64,000 bases of DNA from NCBI GenBank assembly GCA_030600775.1, contig JAUVLI010000001.1, positions 9,230-73,229 of the forward strand, in the 5' to 3' direction. Positions 9,283 to 20,318 of this stretch are shown here, one piece after another; the first letter of the stretch is position 1, and every line of letters starts with the position of its first letter. The DNA comes from Fidelibacterota bacterium. GTDB taxonomy: Bacteria; Fidelibacterota; Fidelibacteria; Fidelibacterales; Fidelibacteraceae. Both the position numbers and the translations under genes were made by a program. The notes beneath the pieces are model-generated. The model was not told where the DNA came from. It ran no database searches and saw only the letters and a list, made by a program, of their open reading frames with translations.

Positions 9283-9707
9283 AATATCATCCTTTTTTCA
9301 ATTTAACTAATATACAAAATAGAGAATGTTTTTCAAATTAAAAAAATACACAAATTTAAACAACGAATGGTCAAATTACACAAATTAAGATTGAGATTAC
9401 TTACAAAGTTACCTTTTCACATTTCACTTTTCATTTCTTACTTCTCCTCCTTTGCAACCTCTGACTAAAATTAAAAAAAACAAATTTATTTGTTGACATT
9501 TCTTATAATAAATTATTAACTTTAAGGTATGGAAATGATGAAAAATATACCCGAAAAATAAAAGAGAAAAATGCAAAAGCGTAAGCTTTCGTTCCAACAT
9601 CTTATATCTCATATATTTCATATATTACAATTAATTGTTAATCAGTGCAGTATTTTAATAACCAATTTAATAATTTTTTTTCATATAAATTTAAAAGGAA
9701 GAATTAA

Positions 9708-11486
9708 ATGTCAAGAAATAACATTGTTATAGGAATAGCAGGATCCGGTGGTGATGGTATTATCACAGCTGGTGAGTTATTAGTACAAGCAGCATCCAGT
9801 GATGGATTGTTTGTTTTCATGTTGAAAAGTTACGGTCCACAGATCCGTGGTGGAGAAAGCTCAATAAAATTAAGAATGAGCGAAATTCCGATTGCATCAC
9901 AGGGAGATAAGCTCGATGTTTTGGTCGTATTAAATTGGAAGGACTTTTTGCGATTTAAGTCAGAATTACTTTTGGAAGACAATGTGGTTATTGTGAGCGA
10001 TTCTGATGACAAATTTCCAGAAGAAGACATTCCTATTGATAAAAACAAAATGAAAAAGTGGTATAAAATTCCGATTACTGAGATAGCAAAGGAATCAAGT
10101 GGAACCAAACAATCAAAAAATATTGTAACGTTAGGCATTATTTCTGAATTATTTAATTTACCGAAAGAAGCATTAAAAAGATCTATTAAGAAAAAATTCA
10201 GCAATAAGGGACAAAAGGTTGTCGATTCGAATATAATTGCATTGAATGCAGGACAAAATCATGTTAAAAATTCTTTAACTAAAATTGATCCTTTGGAATT
10301 TGAATATAAAGAACATGAACCGAGGTTAGTAATGGAAGGAAATGAGGCAATTGCTTACGGAGCAATCTATGCCGGTTTAGATTTTTTCGCCGGTTATCCA
10401 ATCACACCTTCTTCTGAAATTATGCAATGGATTGGTCGTTTTCTCCCAAAATACGGTGGTACAATTATGCAAATGGAAGATGAACTCGCTTCAATAAATG
10501 CAATCATCGGAGCGTCATTCGTCGGGAAAAAATCAATGACAGCAACTTCCGGACCTGGTATTTCATTAATGAATGAAGGAATTGGATTAGCTTCTATGAC
10601 TGAATTACCAGTTGTAATCGTGAATGTTCAGAGAGGCGGACCTTCTACAGGACTTCCCACAAAAACAGAACAATCTGATCTTATGCAAGCTATTTGGGGA
10701 AGTCATGGTGATTCGCCACGAGTTGTAATTGCTCCGGCAGATGTAGAAGATTGCTTTGATTCAACTGTTTTAGCATTTTATATTGCCGAAAAATATCAAA
10801 TGCCTGTAATATTATTATCGGATGGTTTTATTGGTCACAGAAAAGAATCAATAAATCCTGCTCATTTAAAAGATAAAAAATATGGTTTTAAAAAAATCAA
10901 TAGTCGCAAAACACCTACAAAAGAAGAACTAAAGGACTATAAAAGATTTAAAATAACCAAAGATGGTATTTCACCAATTTCGTATCCCGGTATAGAAGGC
11001 GGAGAACATCAAACAGCAGGTATTGAACATGATGAATATGGCTATCCATCTTCTGATGTAGATGTACATAAAAAAATGACACTAAAACGATATGCAAAAT
11101 ATGAAGCTATAAAAAAAGATTTCAGTTTCGAAAGATTTTATGGCCCTGATGATGCGGAAATTGGAGTTATTGCTTGGGGTTCCACAAAAGGAGCTGTTAA
11201 AGAAGCGGTTAAAAAAGCAAATGAAAAAGGAATAAAAGTTCAAGCAATAATACCACAAATAATTTATCCGTTTTTAATGGAACCATTTAAAAAATTCTTG
11301 AAAAATAAAAAGAAAGTTATTATTGTTGAAATGTCATATTCCGGCCAATTTACAAGATATTTAAGAGGATTTATCAATTTTGGGAAACATGGAGTAACTA
11401 CATTTCCATATCGCATAACCGGTGGTGCACCATTTACGGTTGAAGAAATTCTAAACAAAATAACCGAAGCTGCAGAAAAAAAATAA
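9708..11486 (+). CDS. korA: 2-oxoglutarate/2-oxoacid:ferredoxin oxidoreductase subunit alpha (fused gamma-alpha)
   Basis: 592 aa. The N-terminal gamma-like domain reads IAGSGGDGIITAGE...YGPQIRGGES and is followed by an alpha-domain. Immediately precedes the beta subunit. Confidence 0.85.
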   Translation: MSRNNIVIGIAGSGGDGIITAGELLVQAASSDGLFVFMLKSYGPQIRGGESSIKLRMSEIPIASQGDKLDVLVVLNWKDFLRFKSELLLEDNVVIVSDSDDKFPEEDIPIDKNKMKKWYKIPITEIAKESSGTKQSKNIVTLGIISELFNLPKEALKRSIKKKFSNKGQKVVDSNIIALNAGQNHVKNSLTKIDPLEFEYKEHEPRLVMEGNEAIAYGAIYAGLDFFAGYPITPSSEIMQWIGRFLPKYGGTIMQMEDELASINAIIGASFVGKKSMTATSGPGISLMNEGIGLASMTELPVVIVNVQRGGPSTGLPTKTEQSDLMQAIWGSHGDSPRVVIAPADVEDCFDSTVLAFYIAEKYQMPVILLSDGFIGHRKESINPAHLKDKKYGFKKINSRKTPTKEELKDYKRFKITKDGISPISYPGIEGGEHQTAGIEHDEYGYPSSDVDVHKKMTLKRYAKYEAIKKDFSFERFYGPDDAEIGVIAWGSTKGAVKEAVKKANEKGIKVQAIIPQIIYPFLMEPFKKFLKNKKKVIIVEMSYSGQFTRYLRGFINFGKHGVTTFPYRITGGAPFTVEEILNKITEAAEKK

Positions 11487-11497
11487 GGATTAGTAAA

Positions 11498-12349
11498 ATG
11501 AAAAAATATACAGTAAAAGATTATAAAAGTAAAACAAAACCAATTTGGTGCCCAGGTTGTGGTAATTACGGTATATTGAATGCTCTTTATAGAGCACTTG
11601 AGCAATTACAAATTCCTACTCATAAAATTGGCATAATTTCGGGTATTGGTTGTGCAGGTAGATTACCGGGATATATGGGTACTTATGGATTTAATGGAGT
11701 GCATGGCAGAGTATTACCGGTTGCAACAGGAGCAAAAATGGCTAATTTGGATAATACGATTATAGCTGTTGGTGGTGATGGAGATGGATATTCTATCGGT
11801 GCAGGACATATTGGACATGCGGCTCGTAAAAATATTGACATTACTTATATTGTATCGGATAATGGTATTTATGGTTTAACTAAGGGGCAAGCATCTCCTA
11901 CTACTCCTCTTGGCATTCCAACAAAAACAACTTATTATGGAAATATAGGAGCTACTTTTAATCCCATAAGAACTTTAATTGCCTACAAGGCTTCATTTGT
12001 TGCCAGAATTTTTTCTGCAGATATAAAACATTCTACTGATATTATTGCAAAAGCAATTACTCATAGAGGGTTTTCATTTGTAGAAGTGTTATCACCATGT
12101 GTTACTTTTAGAGGAAAAGATCAATATGATTACTTTAGAGAAAAAAGTTTTTACATTCCAGAATCCTACGATCCATCTAATGAAGTAAATGCATTTGATT
12201 ATGCTAATGATGAAGATGTTTTAGAACTCGGAATAATTTACAAAAAATCCCGCCCTACTTATGATGAAGCATTAGAAGAAGTGAGAACAAAAGCAAAAAA
12301 TGGTGGAGTTTCCTCAAAATTGGGTCTGTTGAATAATTTTGAAGTTTAA
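11498..12349 (+). CDS. korB: 2-oxoglutarate/2-oxoacid:ferredoxin oxidoreductase subunit beta (TPP-binding)
   Basis: 283 aa. Motifs WCPGCGNYGIL and GGDGDGYSIG (TPP-binding). 11 nt downstream of korA. Confidence 0.85.
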   Translation: MKKYTVKDYKSKTKPIWCPGCGNYGILNALYRALEQLQIPTHKIGIISGIGCAGRLPGYMGTYGFNGVHGRVLPVATGAKMANLDNTIIAVGGDGDGYSIGAGHIGHAARKNIDITYIVSDNGIYGLTKGQASPTTPLGIPTKTTYYGNIGATFNPIRTLIAYKASFVARIFSADIKHSTDIIAKAITHRGFSFVEVLSPCVTFRGKDQYDYFREKSFYIPESYDPSNEVNAFDYANDEDVLELGIIYKKSRPTYDEALEEVRTKAKNGGVSSKLGLLNNFEV

Positions 12350-12404
12350 TATCCAGTCGAATATTTTTCATTTATTTTCAAATTATTAAAATTAGAAAAC
12401 AACC

Positions 12405-12962
12405 ATGAATATCATTTCAATAATTGTCATAGCTATTGCGCTATCCATCGATTCTTTTACTGTGTCAATAGTTAATGGATGTACATTTAAAAATATTTCT
12501 ATTAAAAAATATTTCGATATTGCTTTCATAGTTTCCGGATTTCATATTATGATGCTATTGATAGGATGGTTAGCTGGCAACAAATTAGGAAAAATTATTT
12601 TTGGATTCGATCATTGGATTGCTTTTTCTTTATTGTCAATTATCGGATTAAAAATGATCTATGAAGGTTTTAAAAAGAGAAACACTTTAAACGAAAATGA
12701 TTTAACAATGCCACTTATAATTGGTCAAGCATTTGCTACAAGTATTGATGCTTTAGCAATAGGAATAAGTTTTGCTTTCTTAAAAATCATGATTATTTCA
12801 CCATTATTAATTATTGGAATTATTACTTTTCTTTTTACACTAATTGGAATTTATATCGGTTGTAATTATTGCAAACTATTTTTTGAAAGATTTGATATAA
12901 TTGGTGGACTAATTTTAATTGGTATTGGAATAAAAATTTTACTTGAACATCTTTATTTATAA
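12405..12962 (+). CDS. mntP: manganese efflux pump MntP family
   Basis: 185 aa polytopic membrane protein. Carries the duplicated MntP motifs LSIDSFTVS and TSIDALAIGISF. Confidence 0.7.
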   Translation: MNIISIIVIAIALSIDSFTVSIVNGCTFKNISIKKYFDIAFIVSGFHIMMLLIGWLAGNKLGKIIFGFDHWIAFSLLSIIGLKMIYEGFKKRNTLNENDLTMPLIIGQAFATSIDALAIGISFAFLKIMIISPLLIIGIITFLFTLIGIYIGCNYCKLFFERFDIIGGLILIGIGIKILLEHLYL

Positions 12963-12963
12963 T

Positions 12964-14043
12964 ATGGAAAAAACAAATAACAATAAAAAAATCGGTGTTG
13001 CTTTAAGTGGCGGAGTTGACAGTTCTGTCGCATTACATATTCTTAAAAAAAATGGATATGAACCAATTGGTATTACGCTCAAATTATTGGATAATAAAAA
13101 TACTAAGACCGATGTGGTGTTTAAAGCAAAAAAAATCTGTGAAAAATTGAATATTGAACATATTGTTCTTGATGGTCGCAAAATATTTAAAAAAATGATA
13201 AAAGATAATTTTGCTCAAGAATATTTACTTGGTAACACTCCAAATCCTTGTGTTTTATGTAACAAGATAATTAAGTGGAATTTGATCCTTAACGAATTGG
13301 ATAAAAGAAAAATTAAATATTTTGCAACTGGCCATTATTGTAAAAATATTTTCAACGAAACAACAAATCGTTTTGAAATTCATAAAGCAAATGATAGAAA
13401 AAAAGATCAATCCTATTTTTTATGGAAATTGACACAAAAAGAATTATCTCGTACAATTTTTCCATTAGGTGATTATCATAAGAGAGAGAGCAAGAAAATT
13501 GCAGCAGAGATCAATTTGTTTCATTACAAAGAATCTGAAAGTCAGGATATTTGTTTTATTCCCAATAATGATTACCGACATTTTCTCAAAAAAAATTATA
13601 AAGAAAAAATCAATAAGATTCAAAAAGGAACTTTCGTTAATGAAGATGGAGAAATATTAGGTTATCACAACGGTTATTATAATTTTACGATTGGTCAAAG
13701 ACGAGGATTGAATATTGCAGTGGGACATCGTATTTTTGTTAAAGAAATTTTACCTAAAAAAAATGAAGTGGTTCTAGCAGAAAAAGAAAAATTACTATCA
13801 AATGAATGCATTTTGAAAAATATAAATTTTGTTTCTGTTCCAAAAATTAGAAATGAAATTATAGCAACAGTAAAAATACGATATAGACATAGCGGAATTA
13901 AAGCAAAACTTATTCAACAAGATGAATCAAGAATATTGGTAAAATTTTTAACTCCGGCAGAAGCTGTAACTCCCGGACAATCGGCAGTTTTTTATGATGG
14001 GGAAATTTTATTAGGTGGAGGAATCATTGACAATGTCATTTAA
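12964..14043 (+). CDS. mnmA: tRNA 2-thiouridine(34) synthase
   Basis: PP-loop GVALSGGVDSSV and conserved NPCVLCN. I prefer the ATG at 12964 (MEKTNNNKKIGVALSGG) to the track start at 12943, which overlaps mntP. Confidence 0.9.
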   Translation: MEKTNNNKKIGVALSGGVDSSVALHILKKNGYEPIGITLKLLDNKNTKTDVVFKAKKICEKLNIEHIVLDGRKIFKKMIKDNFAQEYLLGNTPNPCVLCNKIIKWNLILNELDKRKIKYFATGHYCKNIFNETTNRFEIHKANDRKKDQSYFLWKLTQKELSRTIFPLGDYHKRESKKIAAEINLFHYKESESQDICFIPNNDYRHFLKKNYKEKINKIQKGTFVNEDGEILGYHNGYYNFTIGQRRGLNIAVGHRIFVKEILPKKNEVVLAEKEKLLSNECILKNINFVSVPKIRNEIIATVKIRYRHSGIKAKLIQQDESRILVKFLTPAEAVTPGQSAVFYDGEILLGGGIIDNVI

Positions 14044-14100
14044 ATTTCATAATATTAAGTTATGTTATTATAATTGTTAAATTAATGAGTAAAGCAGAAA

Positions 14101-14901
14101 ATGAATAAAAAAAGAACAGTAAAGACATTACAAAAAATGAAAAAGCATGGTGAAAAAATTACGGCATTAACTGCTTATGATTCGCTTTTCGCTGGATATT
14201 TAGAAGAATCCGAAATCGATGTCATTTTAGTTGGTGACAGCGTCGGAATGGTATATGCTGGCCAAGAGACAACAATTCCAGTAACAATTGAAGAAATAAT
14301 TTATCATACAAAAGCAGTCAAAAGAAGTGTGAAAAATGCATTACTCGTTGCAGATATGCCGTTTATGTCTTATCAAGTCAATCCTGAAGAAACACTAAAA
14401 AATGCTGGAAGAATACTAAAAGAAAGTGGTGCAGAAAGTATCAAGATGGAAGGTGGTGAAAATATTTCAAATTCGGTCTCTCGCTGTGTTAAAGCTGGAA
14501 TTCCTGTAATGGGACATCTTGGCTTAACGCCACAATCAATTCATCAATTCGGTAGTTATAAAGTGCAAGGCAAGTCAAAAGATGCAAGTGAAAAATTAAT
14601 AAAAGATGCTTTGATCTTACAAAAAGCCGGTTGTTACGCAATTGTATTGGAAAAAATTCCCGCTATGTTAGCAAAGGAAATTACAGAAAAATTAGACATT
14701 CCTACAATTGGAATCGGAGCAGGAAAATATACCGATGGCCAAATATTAGTTACTTATGATATGTTGGGAATGTTTGAAAAATTTAAACCAAAATTTGCAA
14801 GACGATATAGCGAACTTGCGACGGAGATTAAAAGATCAATTACTAAATATGTGAATGATGTGAGAGATAATAGCTTTCCATCAAAAGACGAAAGTTATTA
14901 G
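14101..14901 (+). CDS. panB: 3-methyl-2-oxobutanoate hydroxymethyltransferase
   Basis: 266 aa. Motifs TAYDS..., VGDSVGMV and ADMPFMSY are typical of PanB. Confidence 0.9.
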   Translation: MNKKRTVKTLQKMKKHGEKITALTAYDSLFAGYLEESEIDVILVGDSVGMVYAGQETTIPVTIEEIIYHTKAVKRSVKNALLVADMPFMSYQVNPEETLKNAGRILKESGAESIKMEGGENISNSVSRCVKAGIPVMGHLGLTPQSIHQFGSYKVQGKSKDASEKLIKDALILQKAGCYAIVLEKIPAMLAKEITEKLDIPTIGIGAGKYTDGQILVTYDMLGMFEKFKPKFARRYSELATEIKRSITKYVNDVRDNSFPSKDESY

Positions 14902-15073
14902 AATTTTTATTGTTAGATTTACAACTTTATAAAACTTTAAAAACAAATCAAATAAATTAAAAGACACTTACGCCTCATCATTCACAAATAACAATAAAAT
15001 ATATATAATAATTTGGATATTCAATAATAATTTATTATACTATAAGCTAATTTGAAATAAAAGGAGAAAAAGA

Positions 15074-15427
15074 TTGGAACATTTGACAAAAGAGACCTTT
15101 CAGGAAAAGGTTTTTAATTATGAAAAGAACAAAGAATGGAAATTTGAAGGTGAGTTACCTTGTGTGATTGACTTTTATGCAGATTGGTGTCAACCTTGCA
15201 AAATGGTTGCACCAATATTGGAAGAACTTTCAAAAGAATATGATGGAAAATTGAATATTTTTAAAGTCAATACAGAAAAAGAACAAGAACTTTCAGGAGC
15301 TTTTGGAATTCGTAGTATTCCATCAATGCTATTTGTTCCCAAAGAGGGAAAACCGCAAATGGCACAAGGAGCACTTCCAAAAGATGCTCTTCAAAAAGCA
15401 TTCAAAGATATTTTAAATGTAGAGTAA
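15074..15427 (+). CDS. trxA: thioredoxin
   Basis: 117 aa with the WCQPCK redox motif. TTG start preceded by AAGGAGA. Followed by a strong terminator. Confidence 0.85.
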   Translation: MEHLTKETFQEKVFNYEKNKEWKFEGELPCVIDFYADWCQPCKMVAPILEELSKEYDGKLNIFKVNTEKEQELSGAFGIRSIPSMLFVPKEGKPQMAQGALPKDALQKAFKDILNVE

Positions 15428-15463
15428 ACACTTAATAATATCAATTAATTTAGATGTTTTAAA

Positions 15464-15496
15464 AATCTCGTGTTAAAATGACACGAGATTTTTTTT
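15464..15496 (+). terminator. intrinsic terminator after trx
   Basis: Perfect 10-bp stem aatctcgtgt/acacgagatt, 7-nt loop, then T6. Confidence 0.8.
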
Positions 15497-15594
15497 ATGG
15501 CTAATTTTTACTTTTTGTAAATTCATACAATTAATTATGAAATTTATTTATCTTTCTTTAATATTTTAACATTATCAAAATCATTTTCATTTCA

Positions 15595-16329
15595 TTACCT
15601 CCTTAATCCGGCTTTAGAAAACTTATATTTAGGAATATTTTGATCAAATTTAATTTCGTCAATTACAAATTCTGTCCCTTCCCCATTTTTTAGCACATCT
15701 TTAAATATCATCTTCGTCGGATACCAACGGCCATCAATATTGATTATATTTTTTAATTCCATCCGTTTTAATAATTTTCCACTTTTAGCAAAAAGTTCTT
15801 CTCGTAATGGAACATATAGTTTCATATCGACCCATATTTTTCGCTGATGATAAGCCAAGTCATCTGTCTTTCCAACAAGATTTATTATCCAACATTGCTT
15901 TCCATCAATTTCTTCACTACCAATGACCTTCGCATCATAGCTATTAGTCAAATCGCTACTCTCCATCATATCTTCATAAGAAAGATCTGAGCCCATTACA
16001 GATTGTCGTAACATGTGTCCGGAAATCTTAATAATCCTATCTGTTGATGGAGTATATATCCACAATTTGTCATCTAATTTCAACATTTTAGTTCCCTTCT
16101 CGCGAGCGGGTGATAAATATTCCGTAAAATTCTTTGTGTCACCAATTGACCATGATTTTGCTCTTATCGTTCTTGAAACTCTGCGTCCATGGATTATCAT
16201 ACTTGAAGTCATAATTTGATTTTTAGATATCATATTTTCATCAATCTTCTTTAAGATCGTTTCTGCTGATGGCGTCTGACCATTTAACATAACGATAGTT
16301 AGCAGAATAATTGTTAATACTTTCTTCAT
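15595..16329 (-). CDS. outer-membrane lipoprotein-sorting protein (LolA-like fold)
   Basis: 244 aa with a signal peptide. Contains ...KLWIYTPSTDRIIKISGHMLRQSVMGSDLSYEDMME..., typical of LolA_like proteins encoded beside FtsX-type ABC permeases. Confidence 0.6.
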   Translation of the reverse strand: MKKVLTIILLTIVMLNGQTPSAETILKKIDENMISKNQIMTSSMIIHGRRVSRTIRAKSWSIGDTKNFTEYLSPAREKGTKMLKLDDKLWIYTPSTDRIIKISGHMLRQSVMGSDLSYEDMMESSDLTNSYDAKVIGSEEIDGKQCWIINLVGKTDDLAYHQRKIWVDMKLYVPLREELFAKSGKLLKRMELKNIINIDGRWYPTKMIFKDVLKNGEGTEFVIDEIKFDQNIPKYKFSKAGLRR

Positions 16330-16415
16330 TTTATTATCCTTTTTTTATTTATAATACAGTAACGCCATAAATATTTCTTATTCGTGTTCATTTGTGTAAT
16401 TTGTGTCATTTATTG

Positions 16416-17690
16416 TTATACATCCAATTCTCTAAAAAGTTGTGCTGTTTCTCTTTTATAAATTCCAATTCCTGCTAACATAGTTCCAACAATTGTGGAA
16501 AATAATCCCGGAATAAAACCAATAAAAAAAGTGGTCGAAGTGATTTTTGCTTTTACCACAGTTGGCATCATCATAGAACTATTTTGCATCATTGAAGAAA
16601 GATCAATTCCTTTTGTCTGCAATAAATAAGCAAACCCCAAACCAATCATTGTTCCAAGTAATGATCCAAATATTCCTATCAATACAGATTCATAAATCAT
16701 TCTTCTATAAACTGTCCCCTTATTTTCGCCAATTGCTAAACGAAGACCAACTTCCCCATACCTTCTTAAACCACCGATCAATCCCATATTCCACAAGACG
16801 ATAGACATAGCTAAGACAAACACAAAAATTATTATTCCAATAAAACTGGACACATATTCCAACATAGCATCTAAACCATTTTGTTCAGACAAAGTTATCA
16901 TTATAGGCGAAAATTCATCTTCGGAATTAGAATATTTTTTATTGAATTTGTCTGCATAATTATGTGCAATTTCATTATCATAATCTCCAGAAGGCAAATA
17001 TCCTAAAATTTCACTCGTTGCATTTTCCATATTCAATGCAGTTTGAGCATCGTTAAAATCAACAATTATTGCTCCTTTATCTAACGCCATAGAACCAAAA
17101 TGTACCGTTCCTGAAATTACGAAATTTTGCATCGCCATACTTCCATACATTGTTGAGCCCAAAAAAGTAGCATTATCGCCAACACCAACTTTAAGTTTTC
17201 CAGCAAGTTCATCGCTAATTAGAATTTCGCCTCGTTTCGTCGGCAATTTTCCATCTTGCAATGATTTGCGAATGTTCATTCTCTCGATGTCAGAATTTTT
17301 TTTGGAAAGCATATTTACTCCCCAACCTATTACAGGTCCTTGCGTTTTTGTCTCACCATTTTCATCGGGAATATCCAAGAGTCCTGCAAATCGTATCCGT
17401 TTTATCCAAGTAATTTCTGGAAATTCTTCGTCCAAGTTTTCTGTTAATTTATTAGTCCCAACAATCGCAAGGTCATTTGCCATCTGCTGTGAATTATCAT
17501 ATTTAGCTTTAGTGATTACCTTTACATGACCAGTAGAAAATCTTGCATTATAATCAATTATATCCCCCAAATATCCAGTAATCCAACTTTGTAATAGCAC
17601 AGTTAACGTCACACCAATACTAATTGACAATATTGGAAACAAACTTCTGTGTCTATCGCGAATCAATCCTTTTAATAAAAATTTAATCAT
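16416..17690 (-). CDS. ABC transporter permease, FtsX/MacB-like
   Basis: 424 aa. N-terminal TM, large periplasmic domain and a C-terminal 3-TM FtsX-like bundle. 4-nt overlap with the upstream permease. Confidence 0.75.
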   Translation of the reverse strand: MIKFLLKGLIRDRHRSLFPILSISIGVTLTVLLQSWITGYLGDIIDYNARFSTGHVKVITKAKYDNSQQMANDLAIVGTNKLTENLDEEFPEITWIKRIRFAGLLDIPDENGETKTQGPVIGWGVNMLSKKNSDIERMNIRKSLQDGKLPTKRGEILISDELAGKLKVGVGDNATFLGSTMYGSMAMQNFVISGTVHFGSMALDKGAIIVDFNDAQTALNMENATSEILGYLPSGDYDNEIAHNYADKFNKKYSNSEDEFSPIMITLSEQNGLDAMLEYVSSFIGIIIFVFVLAMSIVLWNMGLIGGLRRYGEVGLRLAIGENKGTVYRRMIYESVLIGIFGSLLGTMIGLGFAYLLQTKGIDLSSMMQNSSMMMPTVVKAKITSTTFFIGFIPGLFSTIVGTMLAGIGIYKRETAQLFRELDV

Positions 17691-18859
17691 TGTATTTTCC
17701 CCTTTATTGCATCTGTTGGATTCATTTTAGAAATCTTTTTTGCTGGCAAATAACTGACAATTACTGTAGCTATAAAAATAGTTAAAACAGTTCCTATAAC
17801 TAAGCCAATACTATAAGAAGGGAATATACTTTTTGCTATGGGAAGTCCATAATCATCTGTTCCTTCTGGCATAGCCAATCCCACTTTTGCTTGCCAAGTG
17901 AGTAATGGAATTCCATAAATTGCAGCAAGAATAGCAGCAAAAACACTGTACATCGCGCCTTCCACAGTAAATAATCTTACAACTTGCCAACGCGTCATTC
18001 CTAATGCAATTTCAGTTCCAATCTCTTTTTGACGACGAAAAATAGACAATATTTGTGTATCAAAAATTGCCAATAATGCCAATGCTAAAAGGATACCATA
18101 GAATATTGAACCTCCGACACTTTTCATCTTGATTAAGTTGTCCATTTCTTTTAATAAATAATCATGTCCTCTAAAAACCCAGCCGGAAATTTCTTCTTTT
18201 TCAACGGAATTATTTTCTGTTATTAGCATGGTTGCTTCATTAGGTGCCTGCAACATTTTTTGTAACTGTTCCAATGAAAGCCAAATTTTCCCCTGATCGA
18301 CTATCGGAACATTTGTATGAAAAATATCTACGACTTTAGCATCTGCAGCATCAAATGTTCCATTTGCATCTCGCCATCGAATTGTAAAATAATCTCCAAC
18401 TTGAAGCTTATTGCTTTCTGCCATTCTACTACCGATTAAAATTGAAATTTCATCAGAATTCTTCTGTAACTTATCCGTTGGCAACTTCAGTATTTTCTGT
18501 TCAGGTAGAATTCCTTTTAATAAAACATTTTGCATTCTGCCTTCAGGATAAATTGTTGCTGTGTTTATAAGAATTGGTGTAAGCAAACCATTTTGGATAT
18601 CATCACTGATCCCATCAGGAATTACACTATGACTTTCGTTGATGGTAAACATATCATAAGGATCATAATCCTTCTGCCAATACTGCCCGCCACCGATTTG
18701 CCAATCTATCATATCTCGTTTGGCTTGTTCATTCCAACCATTCAAAAGGCCTTTGTTCCAAATTATTATAACAAATGAAAATGACAAAACAATAACATTT
18801 AACCAAGTCCTTAAACCCGCGCCAATAAGATTTTTATAAGCTAATTTTAATGAAAGCAT
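17687..18859 (-). CDS. ABC transporter permease, FtsX/MacB-like
   Basis: 390 aa with the same architecture as the neighbouring permease. Ends ...AKKISKMNPTDAIKGKIQ. Confidence 0.75.
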   Translation of the reverse strand: MLSLKLAYKNLIGAGLRTWLNVIVLSFSFVIIIWNKGLLNGWNEQAKRDMIDWQIGGGQYWQKDYDPYDMFTINESHSVIPDGISDDIQNGLLTPILINTATIYPEGRMQNVLLKGILPEQKILKLPTDKLQKNSDEISILIGSRMAESNKLQVGDYFTIRWRDANGTFDAADAKVVDIFHTNVPIVDQGKIWLSLEQLQKMLQAPNEATMLITENNSVEKEEISGWVFRGHDYLLKEMDNLIKMKSVGGSIFYGILLALALLAIFDTQILSIFRRQKEIGTEIALGMTRWQVVRLFTVEGAMYSVFAAILAAIYGIPLLTWQAKVGLAMPEGTDDYGLPIAKSIFPSYSIGLVIGTVLTIFIATVIVSYLPAKKISKMNPTDAIKGKIQ

Positions 18860-18926
18860 TTTCCCTCCTTATTTTATAACCGCAAAAATGCGAATTATAA
18901 AAAATATATATTGGACATTTTTCATA

Positions 18927-20201
18927 TTAATATTTGTTGTAAATGATTTTTAAATTCTTTTCCATATCTCTTTTAATATCCGAATGTGTCTTTTTGTAAT
19001 GATTATTCATATAACTGAAAATTAAAATATTTCCCTTTTTTGTTCTAATGAATCCGCTTAAATTGTGATTGTTGGATAGCGTTCCGGTCTTTGCAAAAAT
19101 ATATGGCTTTTCATTTTTATACCAACTTTTTATAGTTCCTCTTTTTCCACCAATTGGAAGATATGAAAATAATTCCTCCTCAGGAACTTCTTTATATATT
19201 TTTTCCAATAAATAAACATAGTCATTTGGAGTAATAAGATTGTATCTTGATAATCCCGAACCATCAACCCAATGCGGCTCTTGTGGAAATCCTGACAAAT
19301 AATTTTCTAAAGAATATTCAATCGCATTCGCTACACTGAAAGTGTCAGATACCATTTTTCCAACCTGTAACATCAATTCTTCTGCAATAAAATTATCGCT
19401 TACTGTCAACATTTCTCGATACAGATCTTTATATTCTAATCCTTTAAAAATTTGAAAATCATATTCTTTTAATGGTTTTATAAGAGTAACATTTTTACAT
19501 AAAGTATCTGCCAACAAATCTGCAACTAATTGATTGGAAGTGATAAATGGTATTGTAGTTCCGCTTGTATCATCCTTTTCATAATAGAAATCATTTGCAT
19601 TTAATTCTCTCTCAATTTTGATACTATCTTTAACTTGGACATTTTCTCTGAAGAAATTCGGATGAACTATTAAACTATCATTCATATCTATTTTCAGAAC
19701 ATTACCATAAACAGGAAACAACGTTTTTTCGGGCATAAAATATGCTTGATAATCATCCCAAGCCCAGCCACTTCCATACGGATCATCATAAATATTATCA
19801 TCAACTAAATAAATATTTTGTGATGCATTTTTTAAAAACTCAATCGTTTTATTGTTTTCAAATCCATATAACAAAGATGGATCTGCAGCACCTTTGATTA
19901 TTAATGAATCATCTGTTTTATAATAATACAAGCTGGTAACAGAATCTCCAAATGTTTTGAAAGCCGTATAAAATGTAATCAATTTTGTATTAGAAGCTGG
20001 AGTGAAATACTTATCTCCATTATGATTTATTATTTCTTTTTTTGCTACAGGATCATATAATACAAAACCTTTAAAATATGAAATTGCTTTTTCTTCTGTT
20101 TTGAAATCTTTTTTCAGTTTGTAAGTTGTCCCGCAGGATGTTAGCATAATTGCTACTACAAATGCTGCGATAATTTTTTTTAACGATTTTGTATTTATCA
20201 T
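18927..20201 (-). CDS. dacB: D-alanyl-D-alanine carboxypeptidase/endopeptidase, PBP4 (peptidase S13) family
   Basis: 424 aa lipoprotein-like N-terminus. SxxK (ASNTK), SDN (VSDNF) and KTG (AKTGTL) motifs occur in the expected order. Confidence 0.7.
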   Translation of the reverse strand: MINTKSLKKIIAAFVVAIMLTSCGTTYKLKKDFKTEEKAISYFKGFVLYDPVAKKEIINHNGDKYFTPASNTKLITFYTAFKTFGDSVTSLYYYKTDDSLIIKGAADPSLLYGFENNKTIEFLKNASQNIYLVDDNIYDDPYGSGWAWDDYQAYFMPEKTLFPVYGNVLKIDMNDSLIVHPNFFRENVQVKDSIKIERELNANDFYYEKDDTSGTTIPFITSNQLVADLLADTLCKNVTLIKPLKEYDFQIFKGLEYKDLYREMLTVSDNFIAEELMLQVGKMVSDTFSVANAIEYSLENYLSGFPQEPHWVDGSGLSRYNLITPNDYVYLLEKIYKEVPEEELFSYLPIGGKRGTIKSWYKNEKPYIFAKTGTLSNNHNLSGFIRTKKGNILIFSYMNNHYKKTHSDIKRDMEKNLKIIYNKY

Positions 20202-20318
20202 ATTTTTCTCTTTAATTTAATTTTTTTAGAACACGGATGAAGCCGACAAACTCAGAGTAAACGAATGAAATGTATTTTCGCGAACAATATTTTTTTACTA
20301 TTTAATCATTTTGTTAAA

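Noticed and set aside
9372-9385. The 14-mer caaattacacaaat is shared, as a reverse complement, with 16390-16403 in another intergenic region. It could be a regulator site.
   Set aside because: It is a low-complexity (acaaa-type) sequence. My rough estimate is that one such 14-mer match among the intergenic regions of an AT-rich 64-kb window is about what chance predicts.
9473-9494. A8 plus palindrome aacaaatttatttgtt upstream of topA, as a leader terminator or attenuator on the minus strand.
   Set aside because: The stem is almost entirely A-T (one G-C pair) with an effectively 2-4-nt loop. It is too weak to call, and it overlaps a TTGACA hexamer that may simply belong to the divergent kor promoter region.
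9830-11605. Minus-strand ORFs 9830-10204 (124 aa) and 11264-11605 (113 aa) antisense to korA/korB.
   Set aside because: Shadow ORFs within strongly supported genes, with no family resemblance.
12350-12404. yybP-ykoY manganese riboswitch expected upstream of mntP.
   Set aside because: The spacer is only 55 nt of A/T-rich sequence with no conserved riboswitch helices.
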